A DNA stretch of 59,442 bases, filler included, from Ionaspis alba (taxonomy: Eukaryota): assembly GCA_964255285.1 (NCBI GenBank). It is 2 parts of 2 records of this genome, joined end to end, with 100 filler letters (N's around TTAATTAATTAA, not from the genome) between each part and the next. Parts side by side here need not be neighbours in the genome. Positions count along the whole stretch, not along the records: positions 29,837 to 59,442 come from CAXUUL010000121.1; 1 more part is not named here. One strand, 5' to 3'. Every line of letters starts with the position of its first letter. Within the stretch, counting starts at the first letter, position 1. Positions 50,906 to 59,442 of this stretch are shown piece by piece. The position numbers and the translations under genes are program-made. The notes beneath the pieces were generated by a model. The model saw only the letters and a program-made list of their open reading frames with translations. It was not told where the DNA came from and did no database searches.

Positions 50906-51905
50906 ATTGGCGCTCGAAACGCTGCACAGCCATGGCGTTGATGTCTTATGCATATGACTGCGGATATGGTGGTGGGTGGCCGGTTTGGAAAAATTTGCTG
51001 ATTAACGGTGATTAGGCTGAAGAATTGCTTGCTGGAACAAGGAAAAGTTCTTTATTTACACACGGGATCTAGTCAACTGAAATGAATTCATGATTTCGAA
51101 ATACGTTACTTCTCGTTTGCATTCAAGGCCTCATCTTTCGGTAATGAGACATGATGACCATTCCCCAATCTGTGGGCATGAAATATCACAGTGCGATGAT
51201 ACGCGTGTCGTCTGCTAATTTTTTTCAATCAACCGAGCAATCTGCTGTTTGCGTTGGACGAAGATGGTTCTTGCCGTTTTCTTCTGTTGGATGATGTTCT
51301 CGCTTACAAGCGAATGTTGGTCGGCAGATACCGCCTTGGACGTTAACCGTAATGACCCATTGACAGCTAGTTGGTCATAACATGAGACGAAAATGGTAAC
51401 AACAACGCCACTGGCAGAGCGGAAGCTTCGTCCGATGTCATTACAACAAAGGCAGCTGGTTTAATTACTGTTTGCGACTTGCAAAGTCATTTTGGAGGCA
51501 GAGTTGCGTTGGAAGAGCGAGTTTAAGCTACAAATGAAGCTCCCCGACTCCCTGACAATCAACAGGCACTAGGGTTCGAGCTTGTATCAATCCAGCTTCA
51601 TGTCCATTCTCTCTCAGTTCTATATAGGTAACACCTTTGGAAGTGAAGAGAGGTGCTTACTTTAGCATCAGTGAAGCTTACACCGTGGACGTGTTGATGC
51701 GCAGGGTATTGGATCAACCGCTCGTGTTGAGAGCTGGAGGGCTACCTTAAATACGAAGTCTGTCTACCCTCTAATTCCTCATCTCGAGGTTACGTTCTCT
51801 TCCAAGGTAAGATCAGATCAATCCGCCTCTAGCACAGTCCCACAACTTCAGTGTCCTCTTGGTCTGCTGTTCTCGATCGATTACCATCACTTCGCCTCTT
51901 TCAAG

Positions 51906-52946
51906 ATGCTTTCGATTGATCCTAAGGGAGATGTGGTGTTGAAATTGGGGAACAAGTCCTCGACTCCTGCAGAGCCTCAAGGATCAGAGATCAGGGTATC
52001 ATCCACTGCTCTCAGCTATGTATCACCTGTCTTTGCCGCGCTGTTCGGGCCCAACTTCTTCGAGGGTCAGGCTCTGAGCTGTGAGGCTCCCACCGCTGTT
52101 TCCATGCCGGACGATGACTGCGACGGTATGGTCTTGTTGATGAAACTACTCCATCACCGATACGAAAGCGATATCAACAAACTTCCGCCAAGCGTGACCG
52201 AGCTCCAGAATCTTGCGATCGTGGCGGACAAATACGACTGTGTGAGAGCCGTGCAGCTCGCTGCTTCAACATGGTTTGAAGCTCTACAGGTACAGCTCTC
52301 GCTCAAAGAGGAGCAGAGGGACTGGACTGGTCTGGAACAAATGCTTGTTGTGGCCTACCTACTTGATCTGCCCAAGGCATTTCAAAAGATCACCAAGCAG
52401 ATCATCCTACGCTATCCCCAATCATACACGAAATTCAGCTTCAACATCGAAATGCCTGAAACGATGAAACGTGAGTAACCTCTGAAATCTGGTCTGACAC
52501 AGAGCTGCTAACACAATCCCATAGTTCTCTTTGAAGAACATAGGACGAAGCAACGACAGCGAATTGCATGCGAAATCCACTCCCTCAAGGGTATCAACGG
52601 GTATCAGCTATTCGGTCTATCATGCAGTATGTGCGGCGCTTGCCAGCCACGATCTCCAGGGTCCTCCTGTTTCAGTTGTCGCACAGAGTCACCCCCGATG
52701 AGTATCTCTGATCTCTGCAAGCACTTAAATGAGGTAGACCTCGATTTGAGGTCCGAGAAGAAAAAGCGGAACAGCCGCCCATTCATACCAACAACGACTA
52801 AGGAAGAACTGCAGAGGATCGCTGGCTATTCATTCGACTTGATTCAAGAAGAGGGGTTGTGTCTGGATTGCATCAAAGCCGGTGGTATCTACAATGAAGC
52901 CTGTCGTGTTGGGCATGAGAAAATGCAAAGGCAATTCAACACGTGA
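51906..52946 (+). CDS. Fungal BTB/POZ-domain protein
   Basis: IDPKGDVVL, RVSSTALSYVSPVFAALFGPNFFEG, LLHHR, LAIVADKYDC, C-terminal GLCLDCIK. Intron 52472-52524. Confidence 0.85.
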
Positions 52947-53636
52947 CTACGCTCCGGATCCAAGCACTTAAGCCAACAGTGACAATGATGACTGAGCAAG
53001 GCGACTGTCAAGGTCTCGTCGACATGCTCGCAGTTAGCTATCTGTTGGACAAGTCGGTCGAGTTCAAGGAGGCAACACGAGACCTGATAGTACTGTATGC
53101 GGAATCATATTCTCGATTGAAGTGTGAGATCGATATTCCGGATTTAAAGTGTATGTAGTCCAAAATCGCTTCAACATAGATACTTACCTTCACCCACAGT
53201 CTGCTTGGAGGAGCGTAGGTCCAGCCTTTGCCAGTACCTCCTGATGAAAACTCCAGGACCGGGCGGAAGCCCAAGCTTCCGAGTTCTTCGACCGTCCCGT
53301 CCGACAGAAGCTGTGCTCTATTTGGCACCTAGTAGCATATCAATAAGAGCTTGTGACGATTGGTGGCGCCTCGAACCCCACGGCAGTCAGCATTGAATCC
53401 TTGTGTGCTCAACTGAAGAATTTCGATATTGAAAGAAGTGCGATTGATGGTGGGGATAAATGTGTTGATTGTCAAGGGATTCATAACGATGAGAGCCGCT
53501 GTGTTGTCTATCGGGGACGCCGCTCGGAAACCGGCAGAAACCAATGGACGGGCTATGTTTGGATTGTATAAAGTCAGGCAACAAAAGCCGTCCGGTGTGC
53601 AGAGTAAAACACAGCGAGGTTGAGTTAGTGGAATGA
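52922..53636 (+). pseudogene. 5'-truncated, frameshifted paralog of the adjacent BTB gene
   Basis: Aligns to the post-BTB half of 51906-52946, has an intron at the same position (53151-53198) and ends GLCLDCIKSG...CRVKH in a shifted frame. Confidence 0.75.
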
Positions 53637-54093
53637 CGAAGGTGGTTGCATGATTGACCTCGATATCGGGCTTTTCTCTTATGGCTCCATGGGGCATAGA
53701 TGATTGCATATCGAGTAACCTTGATCAGGAGGATGAGTTACGAGAACAGTTGGCGAGACTCATGATTGAATTGTGCGAGGCAGAATCAGCAACATAGTTG
53801 AGTTGTCCGTAGAACACGTTGGAAATATCAATGAATCTAATCCCAAGGAAAGCTTGATGGCATCATGGACATAGAAAATGCTCGCGATTGAGTATACCTT
53901 CTTGGTTATCACCTCCACCAATTCTCGGGTCACGCATTGTCGATAATCACTGATCAACAAGGCTAGCCAATCAGCCACCATCGCTTCGCAATCCTTATGA
54001 CGTAGAGCAGGGTTCCTTGTTTGTATTCCTACGAAGGCCTGCGACCAGATTACAAAAAGAGTATACAAACTTCAGTACTGTCCAAAGGACAAC

Positions 54094-56383
54094 ATGCCAA
54101 CACCAGGCTACGTATTTAGAGATGGTGGGCCTGTACCTGACTCTGAGTTGCGAGAGTCAGTGTCTCCAGCCGCACAACAGCCTTCGACTTCTAGCAGCTC
54201 TGTTGTCAATACACCAACCTCGAGCAAGTCTGCCATATCTGCACATACGCCCGCCGAGGGACACGCGACCTTTTCCAGTGCGCCTACAGAAAGCCATGCA
54301 TTGGCAGCAGCAGACCATGATGAGAAAGGAGTTGCACAACTCGACCACGCAGAAGTCGAGGTCAAAGATCTTGGATGGAATGAAGACCCAAAGAAGGTGC
54401 CAAAACCCCTTGTGGGAGGCTTGAGCAATGAGGAATTGTGGCTACTTGTCAGACGCTTCAACAAGGTAAAGAATTTATTGTGATGTCTCGAGAAGGTCTA
54501 TTGATTGCAGTTTGCAGCAAATGTACCATGTAAAAGCGACGCCCATCCCGCCTCTAGGTGGGCTTGATCTGAATATAGCGGACGAGGATGAATTCTCACC
54601 TGATAAGCTGCGTGCTTCCCTTGAACGGCTGTACATGACAGTCATTGTTGGCATGGTCGGCTCTGGGAAACACGTTGCACGCTTGCGGTCATGGAGGGAG
54701 CCTCGACGGACGGCTGGATTTTGTGCGGTGGGTAGATCGATGAAAAGGCTTTCGGTTCACCACTGATGCTAAGTAGGCCTATTTCATTGCTTGGATATTC
54801 AACTTCATTATGCCCTTGATGCTTCTGACATTCATCGCTCTCATCGTATACCCACCCGCCCGCACTTTCCTGTTTCCTCCGGCACCAATAGCTTTAGTGG
54901 ACTCGAAGACTGGAGGCGTGCAGTCCCCAAAGGCTGGCGTGCTTGGTAGTCATGATAGTCTGACTGGCGCTCCGGAGAAACATAAGGGAGAGGCTGTCGA
55001 AAAAGAAGCTAGCAACTTTGTTTCTGGCTTCGCTTCCATTGCTTTGAGCAGTGCTACTGGCAAGCATGACCAAGGCAATCCTGAATCGGACCCGATTGAC
55101 AGTTCTGTTCCTGACCCGACGAGGATGGCAATTGCGGGGGCTGATGCAAAGGACGCAAGCGGCGGAGGAACGCCAACTACCAAACATGATAAGACAAAAC
55201 AACCAATGGAGGATGCAATGTGGAGTAAAATGAGACCTATCATGCATATCGTCGGCGACATTTCAGATATGTGGGAGCGCTTTGGAAAGTATGTCTGTTG
55301 TACCCATGTTGTCCTGGAACTTGGCTAACCTAACGGTAGTGCGCTATCACCCACTGCCCCTTTCCCGAAAGACAAAGCTCGGATTAAATTGGCTGGTCTC
55401 CTGGTGCCTGGTGTCGCCGTAGCTGCCTTAACAACTTCAGACATGTTCATGAAGATGACCACGTTCTTCATTGGCTTTGGTTTCTTCGCCGACCCTATCA
55501 TTTGGCGAGCAGCTACTTATTTGAACGAAAAGTTTCCCAATTGGAAGAAGTTGCTTGAGCTCCGAAAGTAAGACTCTTAGAGCTGCACAGGAAACCGTAA
55601 TGCTAACTTGTACTCAGCAATATACTTAAGGGTGTACCGACGAACGCTCAGCTTACCCTCACACTGTTGCGAGTAGGAGAGGCTAACAGAGCACCTATCC
55701 CGCCACCGCCGACGTCAGATCAGCCACCTCCTTCTCGACCTGCTTCACTCAATGGAGATGACCTCACTTTGGACGCGTCACACGAAGAAATTCATGATGC
55801 TATTCACGCTGACCCAACAGCCCAGACCTCACCAGACGCATCGTCAGAGAAGCCTAAAAAGCACCATGGCGCTCGTGTGTTAGGCTTCCTCAAAGGCACT
55901 ACCAAAACTGGTGTTGAGACCAAGCTTGGCGTTGACAAGGTCCGTGCTACCGTGGGTTCCAAGCACGCCAGAAATCATCTTGGTGTTCTACCCAAGCCGG
56001 ACGAGCAAACTCCATCGGGCCCAATCGATTTCAAGGCTAGGTACAAGGGAAAGAAGGGCTGGGTATATATCTCGACCACAGCAACTACACCTTGCGTGTC
56101 CTTCTCAAGTCACTCCAGTGATGGTACTGGGGAGCAGACCGCTGAAGAGCTGAAGCCTGTCTTCAGCATTCCTGTTGAGGACATTCGAGAGTTGAAGAAG
56201 ATAGGAGGATTGGGATGGAAGGCTAAGATCGTCGTTGGATGGGCTACGGATCGGAACGTGGCGGATGGCCTAGAGATCGTAGATGCGGCAGGGAATTCGT
56301 GGAAGCTGCTTGCTATGCCTATGAGAGACGAGCTTTTCAACCGATTGATTGCAATGGGAGGGCAGAAATGGGAGAGCTGGTAG
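54094..56383 (+). CDS. DUF3292-like membrane protein
   Basis: EVKDLGW, LVGGLSNEELWLLVRRFNK|QMYHVKA, FSPDKLRASLERLY, SWREPRRT, GVPTNAQLTLTLLRVGE, RDELFNRLIAMGGQKWESW. Four introns. Confidence 0.85.
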
Positions 56384-56592
56384 ATCTTTTTTAGCGCATT
56401 TGGAGACGTGTGTTTATTCGGACTGGCAAGTTCTGTTTGTCATTTCCGATCTGATCTTGGTTCTGGATTATCATCGGTCCTGAGATCATTTTCATGCAAT
56501 ACCCTGTCCTTGATATCTACTGAATCTAGCTTCATATTTGCCTTGCTGACACCGCTGATTTCTTTTCTCTAATGCTGTAGCGAAGCTTCTTA

Positions 56593-57584
56593 TCAAAGTT
56601 CCAAGGACTCCACAAACTCCCTAATACAAGCTTGGAACGCTTCCGGCTCCTCACTTGGCGGACTATGCCCTGAATTCTCGAAGATCTTCAACCTAGCATT
56701 GTCTCCAATGCCCTTACAAATCTCCTCACTACTCGCCACAGGCACGATTCGATCTTGCCTTCCAACAGTCACCAATGTCGGCACCTCGATCTCTTTCAGC
56801 CGGTCTCGCAAGTCCCATTTAGGCATGATCTGGCTGTAAGCCGCATTATGCGTCTTGTGATGAAATTGCAGGCCTTTCCCTTGCTGCTTCTCCTCCTTCA
56901 CTTCCTTCGATCCACTCTCCACATCTGGCTTCGCTTCCGTTGCTGGCGCCTCTCCCATTGCCTTCTCCGGCTGATTGGGTTTCGCAGCATACATCCCCAT
57001 AATCTCCGTGAACCCCTTCTCGAAGTCCTCATCATCACGTGCCATGCCCGTCCATAGCCGTAGCTGCCGCTCCGGGTCAGGGGTGATTCGGTCTGAGGTG
57101 AGTACTTGCATCAAAGCGTTCATGCAGCCCCAGTGACCATATGCCATGGTGTCTCGTAGTATGAGACCAGTAAGACGTTTTGGGTGAGCCAACGCATACT
57201 CGAGGGCAATGAAGCCGCCATAGGAACCGCCCGCTAGGAGGAATTCTTCGGCTTTGGCCCATGTGCTGAGTCTTGTCAGCAGTCTCCTCGACGATATCGA
57301 AAGGGAACACGGTACCGCAGCTCGTCTAGATCCGCGACCCATTGTTTATGCGTGTAAGGCGGCTGGGGATCACTGGTGCCGCTTCCGCGCGCATCATAGA
57401 CTAAGACTTGGAAGTGGTCGGAGAGAAAACCAAAGGAGGCTTCGGGCTCGGCGTGGGAGGAAATGCCAGGGGCGCCGTGGTGAACTATCAGAAGAGGCTT
57501 GCTGGGAGATGGAGACAGGATTTTTGCATAGATTGTACAGCCATCGGACATGCGCACAGGGGTTAGGGAGTTTGGTTGCGACAT
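56593..57584 (-). CDS. Alpha/beta hydrolase, proline iminopeptidase-like
   Basis: HHGAPG, YDARGSG, nucleophile GGSYGG, VGRQDRIVP, FENSGHSP. Intron 57315..57266. Confidence 0.88.
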
Positions 57585-58579
57585 GATGATTGAGCGTGAG
57601 TTTGGGCGTTGAGAGAAAGGCTTGACCAAATAGGTGAAATATGAGTTGTGGGGAGAATTTAACCTCAATGTAAGGTATGGCAATACAGGTAATGGAAATG
57701 ACCTTGAGCCCCTGGTACAAAGCCGGAGCACTCGTGATGCCCTACTAGTGCTAACCCTAAGTGAAAGCTTATTTGGTGAGATTGGCTTAGGCCACATCAA
57801 TAATGAAAACGAAGACTTGTATGAGAAGGGAAGTGTCAGTAACAGGACTGTCAGCTCACAGGAGGTTGTGGGAGACCACGAACCATCTGCGTTGCCCGAC
57901 GATGGAACCTCAAACAACCAGGATGGATCAATGACGTAGCTGGAGGATCTCAGCCTTGCAGTCCACAGCGAAATAGCCTCAAGCTCCCAATTTGGCTTGA
58001 GAACGGACCGCCTTGTGTGCTTCGTGAATGGCCCCGACTTTTGTCAGGGCTCATGTGCTCTTCTGTAGGAAGACTGCGTTTGGGTCTCTGCGAGCAGGCC
58101 ACTTACAGCTTTCCACGCGCTCAATTAAGGTACTCTAATGTAGAGATGGATTCTCTTTGGCTCATATCATTTAGAGCAAAGGCAGTGAAGAGATCATTGG
58201 TCAATGCTATCTACCCGTGGTTCTTGTCTAAGGTTTCCATGCAGATATAGAAGGGAAAGATGATACCAGAGAGCAGTGCGCAGCTACTGACACTGAGTCG
58301 TTCTCACTCGCAAAGTTTAGCCCTGTAGCTGCAATCGCGTCTTCCTGCACTCGACACGCGCCTTGGCATATGCTGTACCTAGCCTAATACTACTTTGGCT
58401 TTATATTCAAATTTGTGTTGCTCGTGTTGCGCTTTCTTTTCATTCCTTCAAATCATCAACTGTTTCTTCACTCATCAGCATCACTCGTCAACATTGGCTA
58501 GGCTCAAGATGCCAACTTCACTGAATTGAGGCATACCCTTTTAATCGTCTTCAAACGCAGTCAGACACTCATCTTCAGT

Positions 58580-59442
58580 ATGGACGAGACAGAGCTACAC
58601 CCGGTCCTCAAGCAATTCATCATCGACCCCGACGGTGATATTTACCTCAACTTCAGTGGGTATGAGGTCCGTGTCTCGTCCAAGGTGCTCTCACTCGCAT
58701 CGCCAGGCTTTAAGAAGATGTTTGGTCCTTTCTTTGCCGAAGGAGCAAGTGTAGCAGCGGACAACCCAAGCCGTGTTCATCTACGTGCCGACGACGCGGA
58801 CACCTTGATCTCCTTATGCTACCTGTTACACTTTCAAGGTCACAAGGTCTCGGATACCCCAACACTCGAATTCCTGGAGAAGCTGGCAATTCTGACCGAT
58901 AAATACGATTGTGTCGGATCTATTTCCCAGTGGACGGCTTTCCATCTCACGGATGCGGCCCGTGAGGCTGAGAAGTCAACCACGAATGGACGCCTCTTGT
59001 TTCCTGCCTATGTGTTCGACCACCCCCGTGTATTTCGAGACGTGACGAAACACTTAGTGTATTCATTGATTCCTGATGGATCCTATCGTATCCTATCGTC
59101 ATGTTCAGAATATTACGGAATTCCCAAAGATATTGCCGAAGCTTTGCCTGAAAAGTTACTAAGTATGAAACAAACTAACTCATTATCAAATGCAGTGGCT
59201 AATCTAGAAAGGCAAGTTGGCGTGCGAGGAAGCCGAACTGAAGGACCGCCTACGTGATTGTGTGGAAGATATTACTGATCCCATGATCCAAAAGCCATCT
59301 CGGGGACCTCCATCTCGAGGTGCAGACCGTCGTGATTGGGCGTCACACAGTAACACAATCTTCTCTGAATGCGATAGTAATCAGATAAGCTTTTTTCTCC
59401 GCGGACTAAGTCAGCAACGTTTGTGGCCTGCCACAAGGATCT
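58580..59442 (+). CDS. Fungal BTB/POZ-domain protein (runs off the window)
   Basis: IDPDGDIYL, RVSSKVLSLASPGFKKMFGPFFAEG, LLHFQ, LAILTDKYDC. Probable intron 59163-59211 (AAG acceptor) opens a frame that stays open to the window end. Confidence 0.85.

Overview
Eukaryotic genomic DNA from a filamentous ascomycete (Pezizomycotina; possibly a lichen-forming lineage, which is inference only). It is gene-dense with short GT-AG introns and CTRAY branch points, so the raw ORF track splits most genes; the models below were rebuilt by hand. In order: WSC sensor (partial), RRP6, MDM35, a spliced ~92-aa ORF ending 16 nt before GPI1, GPI1, a Cys-rich orphan, MSH2/CDC7 head-to-head, RPL28, CHL1, a Chs4/Skt5-like chitin synthase activator, HOP2, a CCCH zinc-finger protein, RPN12, a DUF1917 fragment, an artificial scaffold linker, an MGTRG/HWDSYP-motif protein, RPT5, trimethyllysine dioxygenase, tRNA-Arg(CCG), a peroxisomal MaoC dehydratase, NADAR, HMT1, a decayed pseudogene, tRNA-Ala(TGC), PER1, PCM1, a BTB gene fused to a headless paralog, DUF3292, a proline-iminopeptidase-like hydrolase and another BTB gene. 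There is no CRISPR array, rRNA or intact transposon. The best candidates for new biology are the apparent bicistronic micropeptide-GPI1 unit, a splicing-dependent CaaX box on the chitin synthase activator, a 5-nt microexon in the CHL1 Walker A motif and the deletion-fused BTB pair. Family names come from motif recognition, not database searches.
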